A stretch of 64,000 bases of DNA from Candidatus Pacearchaeota archaeon (GCA_017608235.1 JAFCGI010000001.1:1423-65422); one strand, 5' to 3'. Positions 19,572 to 30,226 are shown, numbered from the stretch's first letter. Numbers and translations: made by a program. The notes: a model not told the origin generated them from the sequence alone.

Positions 19572-19811
19572 TTATTTTCTATTTGGAGCTCTTACTTTGG
19601 CAGTTACTAACATTTCTGGAGCTCTTTCCTTAGCATAATCATATGCCATATCTTCATAACCAAGTTCTAGAAGAAATCTGACTAAATCTTTAGCTGCTTC
19701 TTGATCTCTTTGTGCGCGTACTTTTCTCATATATTCTGCTTTCTTTTGTTTAACATAAGCTCTTTGATTATATTTGCGCATGTATTTTGCTTTGCTTTTA
19801 TTCTTAGCCAT
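19572..19811 (-). CDS. Small basic hypothetical protein
   Basis: 79 aa, K/R-rich N-terminus with repeated KAxYMRK; TATA-like element upstream. Confidence 0.7.
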   Translation of the reverse strand: MAKNKSKAKYMRKYNQRAYVKQKKAEYMRKVRAQRDQEAAKDLVRFLLELGYEDMAYDYAKERAPEMLVTAKVRAPNRK

Positions 19812-19899
19812 ATTAAAAAAAACAATTATAAGATGCTTATAAGCTTTTTGATTATATATTTTGGAAAGATTTAATATTCTTTAGAAACTCCATAAAATT

Positions 19900-20592
19900 A
19901 TGGAAAGAGTTTCTAGTGGCAGTAAAATTATAGATGATTTATTAGATGGTGGTTTTGAGAAAGGAGTAATCTCTACTCTTTATGGAGAAGCAGGATCTGG
20001 TAAAACTAATATTGCTCTGTTAGCTAGCATTAATATAGCTAAGACAGGCAGGGTTGTTTTTATTGATTCTGAGGGTGGATTTTCAATTGAAAGAATAAAA
20101 CAATTAGCTTCTGAGGACTCTGAGAAAGTCCTGAAGAATATAATTGTATTAGAACCAACCAGTTTTGAAGAACAAAAAAATGCTTTTGATCAATTATATG
20201 AGTTAGCTTTTTCTGAAGATATTAGTTTAGTGGTTATAGATTCTATAGCTATGTTGTATAGATTAAACTTAGATGCTGAAAATGTTCAAGAAACTAATCG
20301 CGAATTAGCAAGACAATTAAGGATTTTATCAGAGATAGCTAGAAAGAAAGATATTGCTATTTTAGTAACAAATCAAGTTTATTCTGATTTTGAAACAAAA
20401 GATCTTAAGATGGTTGGTGGAGATCTTTTGAAATATTGGAGCAAAGCAATAGTAAAACTAGAAAAAGAAAGCAGTGATAGAAAAGCATCTATGATTAAAC
20501 ATAGATCTATTGCTGAGAATAAATCTGTTCTTTTTGAAATTACAGAAAAAGAGATTAAAGAACTAAAGAAAAAGAGATTTAGTTTATTTTAA
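19900..20592 (+). CDS. radB: DNA repair and recombination protein RadB
   Basis: GEAGSGKT, IDSEGG, TNQVY, GGDLLKYWSK, KHRS motif; no N-terminal HhH domain. Confidence 0.92.
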   Translation: MERVSSGSKIIDDLLDGGFEKGVISTLYGEAGSGKTNIALLASINIAKTGRVVFIDSEGGFSIERIKQLASEDSEKVLKNIIVLEPTSFEEQKNAFDQLYELAFSEDISLVVIDSIAMLYRLNLDAENVQETNRELARQLRILSEIARKKDIAILVTNQVYSDFETKDLKMVGGDLLKYWSKAIVKLEKESSDRKASMIKHRSIAENKSVLFEITEKEIKELKKKRFSLF

Positions 20593-21654
20593 TTAAGCTG
20601 TTGGTATTAAATGTTCATATGGATTAAATGTATATTCTTTAAACAAATCTGATTCTGGATTTTTTATTTTTCTATTTGGTATTTTTATGTTAAATGCTTT
20701 AATTATATTATTGTGTGTCAGATTTTCAATTTCTTTTTTTGGCATATCTAATTCTTTTAGCATTCTAATAATATGCGGCCAAATAGGTAATCCAGGTAGT
20801 CCAGACATATATTTTTCTAATTTGTCTTTTTTAGTATGAGGGGCATGATCTGTTTCTATCCAATCTATTTTTCCTTCCATTAAAGCTTCTAAGTTTGCTT
20901 TTCTATATTTTTCTATTCTTAATGGAGGATTTACTTTATACCATAATCCATTTTTTTCATAATATAAATCATCATCAAGAAATAAGTGATGGGGAGTAAT
21001 TCCGCAAGTTATGTTTAGATGTTCTCTTGCATTATCAACTAATTGAATAGATTCTGGAACTGAGATATGAGTTATATGTAATAAGCCATCAAAATCATAT
21101 TTGGTTGCAAGATTTATTTGATTCTTTACTTCAGCTATTTCTGCTGCAGGAGGTCTTGCTTTACAATGACTTGCGGGTCTTTTAGGATTAAAAAATTTTG
21201 AATTAACAAAATCTTCTTTTTCACAATGCTCTGATAATACTCCAGTATATGTCCAATCATTTAAAGTCTTAAAAACTGTTTTTTGATCTTCATAATTTAT
21301 TATTCCAAGATTTCCTACAGATTGTCCTGCATATTTTTTAAGTCCTACAACCATAGTATTTGTTTTTGGAATTTTTGTTGAAAATAATTCGTTATGCGTT
21401 ATTATTGCTTCTTTAAGTTGTTCTGGATCTCCTGTAGTCCCTATAAAAAACCCATAAAGTACTGGAGACTTTGCTTCTTCTGCTTTCTTTAGTCTTCTGA
21501 TAACTTGATCTCTATATATAACTGGAGGATTAACATTAGGCATGTCAAATATTGCAGATAATCCTACTCTCTCTGCTACTGATAAAGCATGATCTATTGT
21601 TTCCTTATAATATTGTTTTCCATCTCTACAATGCACATGTGGATCTATTGCCAT
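20593..21654 (-). CDS. pyrC: Dihydroorotase
   Basis: IDPHVHCR, DMPN, HCE, HITHIS, TPHHL, KVNPPLR, TDHAPH. Confidence 0.88.
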   Translation of the reverse strand: MAIDPHVHCRDGKQYYKETIDHALSVAERVGLSAIFDMPNVNPPVIYRDQVIRRLKKAEEAKSPVLYGFFIGTTGDPEQLKEAIITHNELFSTKIPKTNTMVVGLKKYAGQSVGNLGIINYEDQKTVFKTLNDWTYTGVLSEHCEKEDFVNSKFFNPKRPASHCKARPPAAEIAEVKNQINLATKYDFDGLLHITHISVPESIQLVDNAREHLNITCGITPHHLFLDDDLYYEKNGLWYKVNPPLRIEKYRKANLEALMEGKIDWIETDHAPHTKKDKLEKYMSGLPGLPIWPHIIRMLKELDMPKKEIENLTHNNIIKAFNIKIPNRKIKNPESDLFKEYTFNPYEHLIPTA

Positions 21655-21658
21655 TTTT

Positions 21659-21880
21659 CTAACATATTTTCTTTTTACTTCCTGCTCGATTTTTTGTATA
21701 ATTTCTAATTACTTTAACTACTTCAGGTAAAGAATTCCAATACGCTAATAATTTTCCTACTTTATATCCACTTATTCCTTCAATATTATATGTTTCTTGT
21801 ACTAAGAATTCAAGTTCTCTAAGATTAGTCATATCACAGGCAGGAACTATACTCTTATCTTTATCAATTATTCTATTCAT
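21659..21880 (-). pseudogene. pyrF: Truncated OMP decarboxylase (N-terminal fragment)
   Basis: SIVPACD...GYKVG...VKVIRNYTK resembles the PyrF N-terminus, then stops before the DxKxxD catalytic motif; directly upstream of pyrC. Confidence 0.7.
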
Positions 21881-21945
21881 TAATACACCTTGTAAAATAA
21901 GTCATATTTAGCTATAAAATAATTTATTTAATAAGAACTATATTT

Positions 21946-24045
21946 TCAAGTACCTGCTTTCTGGTCTTGTTTTTGTTCTTTATTGTTAGTATCTTCTTTC
22001 TTATTGTAATCTTCTTTTTTAGATGGGCAATTTGGATTGGGGCAAAATTGCCAAGGTCGTCTTTTGAAGGTATAGATTGCAATTAATGGGGTTTTGCAGT
22101 GTTTACATAATTTTTTTCTTAAAATTGAGAGTTTTCCTTTTTGCGGAAGAGGCCATGTGGTTTTGCATTTAGGATAATTATCGCAAGCTAGGAAGCGCTT
22201 CCCAGATTTCTTACTTATGATTATACGGATGTTTCCTTCTTTGCAGGCATGGCATTTTTTTAGAAAAGATTCTTGCTTTCTTGTTTCATATACTGCTTGT
22301 GCAAGTTCTTTACCTATTTGTGATTTATTCTCTGCAAATTTTTCTAGATTCTTTATTAATACTTTTTTAGCGCTATCCAAGACTTTTTCTTTTTTTAGTT
22401 TTCCTTCTCTAATTTTTTCCATATCTTTTTCAAATAAAGCTGTTAAATCTTCAGATAGAATCTTTGGAATGTATTTCTTGAATGTTTTTACTATTTCCAA
22501 ACCAAGTTTGGTTACTTGTATTGATGTGTCTCGGATGTATCCTCTTTGATATAATGTATCTAAAATTTGGGATCTTGTAGCTTTTGTTCCAAGATTATGT
22601 TTTTCTAGTTCCTTAATTATTGACGCTTGAGTATACCTTTTCGGAGGAAGAGTTTCTTTTTGGTCTATCTGAGATTTTTGATTAAATATTTGATTTATTT
22701 CCAATACTGGAAGTTCGGTTTCTTCTTTTGCTGAATAGGGTTCATAAATTTCCTGCCAACCTTTTTCTAAGGTCCTTGTGCCTTTAAGAATAAATTTTTC
22801 TTTTTCTATGTCAAAGATTGCTTTTGTGGTTTCTCTTAGGCCTGGGATTGAGAAAACAGATAAGAATCTCTTTACTATTAGATCATAAAGTTTTCTTTGA
22901 TCAGCTTCTATCTTCTTTGGAACTTCTCCAGTAGGATATATTGATGGGTGAGCAGGATCTTTTTTCTTGCCTTCGTTAGGTTTAAGTTTTGTTTTAAGAA
23001 TTTTAGATGCAGATTCTTTATATGCCGGATTTAATGCTAGATTTGAGACTATTTTCTTTATGTTAATAGATTTAGGAATTTTTTGAGATGAGGTTCTTGG
23101 ATAAGATATTAAGCTAGCTTCATAAAGTGCTTGCGCTAATTGTAATGTTGATTTTGGACTGATTTTAAGACAACGATATGATTCTATTTGTAAAGTAGTT
23201 AGGTCAAAAGGAACTGGAACACTTACTTTTTGTTTTGTTTTCTTTACTTCCAGAATTTTTGCATTCTTATCTTTAATTTTTTCAAAAATTTTGTTGGATT
23301 CTTTTTCTTCAAAGAATTTTTCTTTTTCATGAATTGCTTGGAATTTTTTATTATTGATATCTAAATTAATAAATATCTGCCAATAAGGTTCTGGTTTGAA
23401 AGCTTGTATTAATAATTCTCTTTCTGATAGAATTTCTAATGTAGGGCCTTGTACTCTTCCTATACTTAACGGATTAAATCTATGAGTGACTAAATAGAGG
23501 GCATCTGTTGCTGCCTTGCTAAGATTAATTCCATAATAAAAATCTAGATAATGTCTAGTTAGTCCTGCTTCTGCCTGACCCCAATTAAGTGTAGAACTTA
23601 TATTTTTATATGATTCTTTGAGATCTTCTTTTGTAAGTGTAGAGAATTTCATTCTTTTTGCATCTTTTTGTTTACAAATAAATCTTAGAATATTAAGTCC
23701 TATAACTTCACCTTCAGCATCATAATCTGTTGCTACTATGTATTCTGAGGCTTCTTTAGTAATTTTTTTGATTAGATTAAAATATGGTTTTGAAAAAGCT
23801 GCAGTTTTGTTAACTTCATATGTAGGTTTCCATTCTATATCAAAAACAGGATATTTGAATGATTTTTCTTTTTCTGAGAGTGTAAAAAGATGTCCTACTG
23901 CGGGAACTACTATTATTTTCTTAGAATTATGTTTTACTTCATAATATGATACTTTACCTGCTTTTTTTTGAACTGCATCTCCAAGAGCAGACGCTATCTT
24001 AGCTGATGCGTTTGGTTTTTCTGCAATTATTAGTTCATAACCCAT
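21946..24045 (-). CDS. topA: DNA topoisomerase IA
   Basis: LIIAEKP, AVGHL, ATDYDAEGE, SIGRVQGPTL, ISYPRT, GTKATR, C-terminal Zn ribbons. Confidence 0.96.
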   Translation of the reverse strand: MGYELIIAEKPNASAKIASALGDAVQKKAGKVSYYEVKHNSKKIIVVPAVGHLFTLSEKEKSFKYPVFDIEWKPTYEVNKTAAFSKPYFNLIKKITKEASEYIVATDYDAEGEVIGLNILRFICKQKDAKRMKFSTLTKEDLKESYKNISSTLNWGQAEAGLTRHYLDFYYGINLSKAATDALYLVTHRFNPLSIGRVQGPTLEILSERELLIQAFKPEPYWQIFINLDINNKKFQAIHEKEKFFEEKESNKIFEKIKDKNAKILEVKKTKQKVSVPVPFDLTTLQIESYRCLKISPKSTLQLAQALYEASLISYPRTSSQKIPKSINIKKIVSNLALNPAYKESASKILKTKLKPNEGKKKDPAHPSIYPTGEVPKKIEADQRKLYDLIVKRFLSVFSIPGLRETTKAIFDIEKEKFILKGTRTLEKGWQEIYEPYSAKEETELPVLEINQIFNQKSQIDQKETLPPKRYTQASIIKELEKHNLGTKATRSQILDTLYQRGYIRDTSIQVTKLGLEIVKTFKKYIPKILSEDLTALFEKDMEKIREGKLKKEKVLDSAKKVLIKNLEKFAENKSQIGKELAQAVYETRKQESFLKKCHACKEGNIRIIISKKSGKRFLACDNYPKCKTTWPLPQKGKLSILRKKLCKHCKTPLIAIYTFKRRPWQFCPNPNCPSKKEDYNKKEDTNNKEQKQDQKAGT

Positions 24046-24132
24046 GTAGATCTGAAACATATAGCCTTTTTTATAGTTTTTTAAAAAAATAAGGCTTTTA
24101 AAGGATTAAACGTATTTAAGTATAGGAGTGCA

Positions 24133-25068
24133 ATGGCTGACATAATGTTTATTGGTGCAATATTTTTTTTTATATTTGCACTTGTTACTTTAGCAGTATC
24201 TGCATTATATTTAGTAAGAGCTCTAAGTCAAATAGGAAAAAAAATTGGAATATCTTCCTTTGTTATGGGCATTGTTGTGTTAAGTGTTGTAACTTCGACG
24301 CCAGAATTTCTTAATGTCTTGATTTCTGCAAGTAGAGGCTTAGCAGAATTGGGAATTGGAGATATAATTGGTGCATCTATTGTAGATTTATGTTTAGTAT
24401 TGGGAGTTGTTTCTTTATTTGCTAAAAGTAAATTTGGCAAAACTGAAAATATTGTTTTTGGTATAGCTATTTTAGCAGTAATAACTTTCTATGCTCTTTG
24501 TAGAGATGGGGTTTTTTCAAGATTTGATGGTTTAATAATGTTTATATTTTTTATAACATACCAGATTTATTTATATAAACAAGGAGTTTCTAGTACAAAA
24601 AGAAATCCTAAATTCAAAAGTATGGCTATCGCTTATGCGATGGTACCTATAACTATTTTTAGTTTGGTAATAGCATCTACTTTATTAGTTAGTACTTCTA
24701 GTTTGTTAGCTTTGAGTGTAGGTATTCCTGTAGGTTTTGTGGGTTTAGTTTTTGTTGCTATAGGTACTGCTTCTCCAGAATTAACTTCAAGTATTGCTGC
24801 TGCTATAAAAAAAGGAGAAGGTTTAGCACTTGGAACTTTAATTGGATCTGTAATTGTTAACTTTTTCTTTGCTGGTGGTTTAGCTGCCGTTATTTATCCA
24901 TTTAGTTTTAACTTTGAAGAGTTCTTTATACCTTTAATGTTCTTACTTGGATCTTTGATCTTTTTTATGATATATGCAAACGTTAGAAAAGAAACAGATA
25001 GGCTTTTAGGAATTAGTCTAATACTTATATATTTAGTTTACTTATATTTTGCAATTGGTGCAATTTAA
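24133..25068 (+). CDS. Na+/Ca2+ exchanger family (CaCA) protein
   Basis: Two alpha repeats TSTPE / TASPE, about 10 TM helices. Confidence 0.88.
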   Translation: MADIMFIGAIFFFIFALVTLAVSALYLVRALSQIGKKIGISSFVMGIVVLSVVTSTPEFLNVLISASRGLAELGIGDIIGASIVDLCLVLGVVSLFAKSKFGKTENIVFGIAILAVITFYALCRDGVFSRFDGLIMFIFFITYQIYLYKQGVSSTKRNPKFKSMAIAYAMVPITIFSLVIASTLLVSTSSLLALSVGIPVGFVGLVFVAIGTASPELTSSIAAAIKKGEGLALGTLIGSVIVNFFFAGGLAAVIYPFSFNFEEFFIPLMFLLGSLIFFMIYANVRKETDRLLGISLILIYLVYLYFAIGAI

Positions 25069-25071
25069 GAA

Positions 25072-25674
25072 TCATATTTCTATTATTTTACCAGATTTAC
25101 CTACATTAATTACTCTTGTATTTCCAATTTGTTCTTCTATACCTTCTGCTTCGTGAACATGAGAGCAAATAGCAATATCTGGTTTAAATGATTTGATTGC
25201 TTTGGTTACTGCTTCGCTACCTGGAACTATTTCACTTAACTTAGACATCAAAGTTTTATCTGGATGTACATGAGTTATCATGATTTTTTTTTCTTGAGAT
25301 TTTATTTTATCATGTGATTTTTTTAACAAATCATAAATTTCTTGTTCTTCTAGCTGAAATAATCCTATATTTGCAGATCCACAACCAAATAATCCTATCT
25401 TGTTATAAATTATAGAATATCCGTGAAGATTTATTGCACCATATATTTCTGCTAAAGAGTCTGTAGTTGCTATGCTTTCATGATTTCCTGGAATTATGAT
25501 TACCTTTTGATTCTTTTCTTTGAAAGGTCCAAGTAATCCTTTTGTATTAGAATCTGCGAGAGTTAAATCTCCTGATAATATTACTAAATCTACTTTTTCT
25601 TTTTTTGCTAAGTTTGCAAGATTCCTTGCTTGGCCTATATCGCCGTGTAAGTCGCCTGCAGCTAATATTTTCAT
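25072..25674 (-). CDS. Metallophosphoesterase (calcineurin-like)
   Basis: GDLHG, SGD, PGNHE, THVHP, SHVHE. Confidence 0.88.
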   Translation of the reverse strand: MKILAAGDLHGDIGQARNLANLAKKEKVDLVILSGDLTLADSNTKGLLGPFKEKNQKVIIIPGNHESIATTDSLAEIYGAINLHGYSIIYNKIGLFGCGSANIGLFQLEEQEIYDLLKKSHDKIKSQEKKIMITHVHPDKTLMSKLSEIVPGSEAVTKAIKSFKPDIAICSHVHEAEGIEEQIGNTRVINVGKSGKIIEI

Positions 25675-25734
25675 ATTTCTTGAAATTAAAATGGCTTTAA
25701 AAAGCTTTTTATATATTACTTTGATGGGGCATAT

Positions 25735-26055
25735 ATGGATTATTTTGTAGTACTAGATACAATTGTTGATGAAGAAAAAATAAGATTTCCTAAAAATCTA
25801 TCTAATATTCTTACAATAGATCAAATAAAACAACTTAATTACAATAGCTTATTTGAAATTATGTGTTTAAGCCAAGGCTATGCTGATCTTGATATAATCA
25901 CAGCTGCTACAAATTTAAAACAATATTCATACAGGCAAAAAACTTATTTTGTAAATGGAGAAAAAAGAAAACCTAATGATAAAATATTTAGAGATTTTAA
26001 AGAAACAAAATATAATAATTTAGGAATTTTGCTTAAAATAAAATTAGATGATTAA
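25735..26055 (+). CDS. Hypothetical protein
   Basis: 106-aa ORF filling the gap between two phosphoesterase genes; no motif recognised. Confidence 0.55.
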   Translation: MDYFVVLDTIVDEEKIRFPKNLSNILTIDQIKQLNYNSLFEIMCLSQGYADLDIITAATNLKQYSYRQKTYFVNGEKRKPNDKIFRDFKETKYNNLGILLKIKLDD

Positions 26056-26657
26056 ATATTGATTATTTTTCCAAATGCAGGATTTATTATTTTGGTTTTT
26101 CTTATCTTATCTTCTTTTCCAGCATTTTCATGTATATGTCCACAAATGCAAAGATTTGGTTTATACTTCTCTATGAATTTTCTAATAGATTCTGAACCTA
26201 CATATTCTATTCCAAGTTTATCTAATTTTGTCTTATGAGGGGGAGCATGCGTAATAAGAACAACTTTTTTTCCTTTCTTGGTATAAAACTTGTTAAGTTC
26301 TTCTGAAAATTTCTTTTCAGATTTTTCAAATGGTGTATGAAGTGGGGAAAAGCCTCCACCACCACATCCGATAAATAAAGTATTGTTTATTTTCTTAGAT
26401 TTTAGATGCATATTTTTTACAAAATCTAAATCTTTTATTGCTTGATTGAGTTCGGTTTGAGTTTCATGATTTCCTGGGATTATTAACAATGGAATTCCTA
26501 TATCTAAAATTGATATTAGTTTTTTAAGATCTCTTCCAAAAATACTTATATCTCCAGCACATACTAATACTTCTGGATTTTCTTTTTTTGCTAATTTAGA
26601 TATGACTTTAAGAGCACTAATATCTCCATGTATATCTGTAAATGCTAGAATTTTCAT
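26052..26657 (-). CDS. Metallophosphoesterase (calcineurin-like), paralog
   Basis: TDIHG, AGD, PGNHE, THAPP, GHIHE. Confidence 0.88.
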   Translation of the reverse strand: MKILAFTDIHGDISALKVISKLAKKENPEVLVCAGDISIFGRDLKKLISILDIGIPLLIIPGNHETQTELNQAIKDLDFVKNMHLKSKKINNTLFIGCGGGGFSPLHTPFEKSEKKFSEELNKFYTKKGKKVVLITHAPPHKTKLDKLGIEYVGSESIRKFIEKYKPNLCICGHIHENAGKEDKIRKTKIINPAFGKIINI

Positions 26658-26663
26658 TTCTTA

Positions 26664-27947
26664 TTATTTTTTTTGAGGTTTAATTGTTTTTATGCCATTC
26701 ATATAAGGCCATAGAACTTTAGGTATTTTTATTGAACTATCTTTTTGTTGGCAATTTTCCAGGATTGCTGTCATAGTTCTTGTAGTTGCTATTCCAGTAT
26801 TATTTAATGTATGTAGAACTTCTCTTTTTCCATCTTTATTTCTAATAACTTTAGTATTTAAAGCACGGGCTTGATAATCCCATACATTACTACAAGATCC
26901 TAATTCGCGATATTTATTTTGGGTTGGGAACCAGGCTTCTATATCATATTGAAGAATTGCTTTTTTGCTCATATCTCCACTAGCTACATTAACAACTCTA
27001 TATGGAATTTCTAATGCATTAAATAGTTCTTCTGCATTTTTTTGCAATATTTTAAATTCTTTCTCTGATGTTTCTGGAGTACAAAATACTACTTGTTCTA
27101 CTTTGTTAAATTGATGTACTCTGAAAATTCCTTTTGTATCTTTTCCATGAGCACCTGCTTCTTTTCTAAAACAAGAACTAATACCTGCAAATCTTATAGG
27201 TAAAGAATCTTCTGGAATTGCTTGATCCATATAATAGCCTACTAAAGGTAATTCTGCAGTGCTGACTAAATATAGATCTTCCCCTTCTATTTTATACATT
27301 TGATCTGCAAAAGCTTCAAAATCTACTGTGCCGTCTACTGTTTTTTGATTTACTAACATCGGCGTTTGTAATATGGTAAAGCCTTTGCTACTTAGAAAAT
27401 CAAGTGCAAATCTTTGCAGAGCAATATCTAATAATGCTAATTCATTTTTAAGAAAAAAGAATCTTGATCCAGAAACTTTCGCAGCATGCTCTGTGTCTCC
27501 AAGATTTAAAGCTTCTAGTAACTCAGTATGGCTCTTTGGTTTAAATGAAAATTTTGGTTTTTTTCCATGTTTTTTAAGAACTTTATTTCCATCTTCAGTT
27601 TTGGCAATTGGTGTTGTTTTATCAATAAGATTTGGAATTCTTTTTCTTGCTTTATCTCTTTTTTCTTCATATTCTGTAATTTTTAGATCTAATTTTTTAA
27701 TTTTAGCTGCAACTTCTCGCATTTCTTTAATCTTTGATTTTGCATTTTTACCTTGTTTTTTAAGTTCATTTATTTCAAGAGATACAGTGTTTTTTTTATG
27801 TTTAAGACTTTGAACTTTTTGTTGAGTATTTCTCCATTTTTCATCAAAATCTATAACTATATCAACAAAACTTTCATCACAGAATCTATCTTTGCAGATT
27901 TTCTTTACCTTTTTAGGATTATCTCTGAATAATTGTATATCTAGCAT
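26664..27947 (-). CDS. serS: Seryl-tRNA synthetase
   Basis: MLDI, coiled-coil arm, TAE, FRKEAGAHGKDTKGIFRVHQF, ELGSCSN, HTLNNT. Confidence 0.96.
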   Translation of the reverse strand: MLDIQLFRDNPKKVKKICKDRFCDESFVDIVIDFDEKWRNTQQKVQSLKHKKNTVSLEINELKKQGKNAKSKIKEMREVAAKIKKLDLKITEYEEKRDKARKRIPNLIDKTTPIAKTEDGNKVLKKHGKKPKFSFKPKSHTELLEALNLGDTEHAAKVSGSRFFFLKNELALLDIALQRFALDFLSSKGFTILQTPMLVNQKTVDGTVDFEAFADQMYKIEGEDLYLVSTAELPLVGYYMDQAIPEDSLPIRFAGISSCFRKEAGAHGKDTKGIFRVHQFNKVEQVVFCTPETSEKEFKILQKNAEELFNALEIPYRVVNVASGDMSKKAILQYDIEAWFPTQNKYRELGSCSNVWDYQARALNTKVIRNKDGKREVLHTLNNTGIATTRTMTAILENCQQKDSSIKIPKVLWPYMNGIKTIKPQKK

Positions 27948-28016
27948 ACTAAAAAATGTTATATTCTAACATTTAAATATATCGGATCCTTTAACTATAA
28001 ATAAAATAAATAAAAA

Positions 28017-28454
28017 TTATTTAATTTTTATTTTTAATTGTTTTTTCTTTTTTTCTGGAATTTTTTTAACAGTTAATGTTAAGACACCATTTTCATATTC
28101 TGCTTTAATTGTTTTTGGATCTATTCCTTTTGGCATTGGTAAAGATCTATAATAACTTCTCATACTTCTTTCTCTATTATAGAAGTGTTCTTTTTTTTCT
28201 TCCTTAAGCTCTTGCCTTTGAGCTTTTATTTCAATTGAGTTTTCAGTTGCAATTAAATCTATATCTTCTTTTTTAATTCCAGGCATATCTAGTTTAATTA
28301 CAATCTTATCTTCTTTTTCAGATATATCTGTTAAAGGCATTGCAGGCATTTTTTCTAGTTCTTTCATTAAAGGCATGGTTCTTTCAAAGGCTTTTTCCAT
28401 TTCTTTTTGAAATTTTTTAAAAAAATCTTCTTCCTCATCTTGAAAAAATCTCAT
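28017..28454 (-). CDS. hsp20: Small heat shock protein Hsp20
   Basis: DMPGIKKEDI, ERSMRSYYRS, AEYENGVL, C-terminal IKIK. Confidence 0.92.
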   Translation of the reverse strand: MRFFQDEEEDFFKKFQKEMEKAFERTMPLMKELEKMPAMPLTDISEKEDKIVIKLDMPGIKKEDIDLIATENSIEIKAQRQELKEEKKEHFYNRERSMRSYYRSLPMPKGIDPKTIKAEYENGVLTLTVKKIPEKKKKQLKIKIK

Positions 28455-28645
28455 TTTTTATCTTCCTCCTCTTTTTTCTGATTTCTAAAACCAGATATTA
28501 TATTTTCAAAATCTTTTTTTCTTTCTTCTGCATAAATCAGAAGATTTGCTGCTTGGCTTAGAAAATCATCTATTGATTTAAAATTGCTCTCCCGGATAAT
28601 CTTTTCTATTTTCTTTACTTGTTCTTCAGGTAAATTTACTTCCAT
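28451..28645 (-). CDS. Small ribbon-helix-helix/CopG-like protein
   Basis: VNLPEEQVKKIEKII..FKSIDDFL pattern; overlaps the hsp20 start. Confidence 0.55.
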   Translation of the reverse strand: MEVNLPEEQVKKIEKIIRESNFKSIDDFLSQAANLLIYAEERKKDFENIISGFRNQKKEEEDKK

Positions 28646-28646
28646 T

Positions 28647-29432
28647 TTATCCTCCTGCAGATGTATATTTTTTTATTCCTAAGTGCCATGAAGTTAAAGC
28701 TATTCCTAAAAATAAAAAGCTAACTATTGTGAGTTTTAGAATAAATAACAGACTTAAAGTTCCTATCAGGGCTGATGCTGGATAGAATGCAGCTAATCCT
28801 ATAGGTAAGATAAATGTTAAAAAGAATGTTCCTGTTGCTCCATAGATATTTAGAGGATATTCCCCTAAAGCATGTATATTTTCAAATAGATTAAGTATTC
28901 CATATGCTTTGACAGCTAAGAAAGATATTGATGTAGCTACTATACATATAGATAATAAAATTGTTATTGCTAAAGTAATTAAGTATATGTATGTGAGTAT
29001 TTGGTAAATACTAATGACTGTATTTATTTTTGATATTGCTATAAATACTATTATTAATCCTAGAGACATTTCTGCTATATGATCAATATCTATAGATGTT
29101 AGTATTTTGAAAAGTAATGGTTTTACAGGTCGGATTAAATTCATATCAAATGTGCCTTGTTCTATCTCATGCATTGTAATCCATGACAAATGTCCTATAT
29201 TAAAGTTATAAATTCCCATTACTAAGATAAAAGTTCCTTGTAACAACAAAAACTCATAAAAATTCCAGCCTGTAATTCCTGTAGTGGTTGAATAAATTAG
29301 TAATGCAAACAGTGGGCCCATGAAACTAAATAATAATGTTGCTATGATTCTTAATAGAAAATTAAATCTGTATGTAGTTTGTTCTGCAAATGCTAATTTT
29401 ATCCATTTTTTCCAGATTCTAAAATATTTCAT
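28647..29432 (-). CDS. ABC-2 type permease
   Basis: Hydrophobic, GTFD..LIRP, ends YTSAGG; start 29432 preferred (ATGA overlap). Confidence 0.85.
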   Translation of the reverse strand: MKYFRIWKKWIKLAFAEQTTYRFNFLLRIIATLLFSFMGPLFALLIYSTTTGITGWNFYEFLLLQGTFILVMGIYNFNIGHLSWITMHEIEQGTFDMNLIRPVKPLLFKILTSIDIDHIAEMSLGLIIVFIAISKINTVISIYQILTYIYLITLAITILLSICIVATSISFLAVKAYGILNLFENIHALGEYPLNIYGATGTFFLTFILPIGLAAFYPASALIGTLSLLFILKLTIVSFLFLGIALTSWHLGIKKYTSAGG

Positions 29433-30226
29433 GTTCCTACTCCCATAAATTTTGTTATGGCTTTTTCCCAAATCAGGCGCATAATCATGTATAATGCTAC
29501 TATCCAAAATATTTGAATTGAGATTTGTGTTAGAGCTGAGATTAGATCATATCTTCCTAGGAAGATGCTTATTGGTATATACATAAGATATTGAAATGGA
29601 AGATAATTAAAAATAGTTTGTAGGCTTTCTGGAAAGAATACTAATGGAATACCTGCTCCAGAGAATAACCAAACAAATCCTTGTCTGAGAAATCTCATAC
29701 CATCATATCTTTTTAACCAGAATGCAGCTAATCCAAAAGTAAATACAAAAATAAATGAAAGTGTAGATGCTAGCATAGCTGATATTATAAATAAAATAAA
29801 GTTTATCTGAGTTGCATTAATATCTAACAAAATAATTGCTAGAATTATAATTGGCGATATTTGTACTAGCAAGCTAAATAGTTTAGCTGCAATATGCCTT
29901 ATAAATGTAAATTTAAAATAAGAAATTGGTTTTGTTATATACCTTATAAAATTACCATATCTTATTCTATCTGCAGTAAATTTATCTATAAAAGTAAATA
30001 TTAGTGTTGAAATTATCATAGTAAGTAAATAATAAATTACCATATCATTAAATGTGAATCCTCTAATTACTTCTGTAGTGCTATTTGAGAATATAGATTT
30101 CCAGAGAAAATACTGTATTGCAAAATGCATAGGCATTAATAACATCCATGTTAGAAAATCTATTTTATAGGCTATAATTTCCTTTATCTTCATCTTAAGT
30201 ATACCTAAGAATTTACTTAGTTTCAT
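29429..30226 (-). CDS. ABC-2 type permease
   Basis: GFTFNDMVIYY, FSGAGIPLVFFP, LPFQY..YIP. Confidence 0.85.
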   Translation of the reverse strand: MKLSKFLGILKMKIKEIIAYKIDFLTWMLLMPMHFAIQYFLWKSIFSNSTTEVIRGFTFNDMVIYYLLTMIISTLIFTFIDKFTADRIRYGNFIRYITKPISYFKFTFIRHIAAKLFSLLVQISPIIILAIILLDINATQINFILFIISAMLASTLSFIFVFTFGLAAFWLKRYDGMRFLRQGFVWLFSGAGIPLVFFPESLQTIFNYLPFQYLMYIPISIFLGRYDLISALTQISIQIFWIVALYMIMRLIWEKAITKFMGVGT

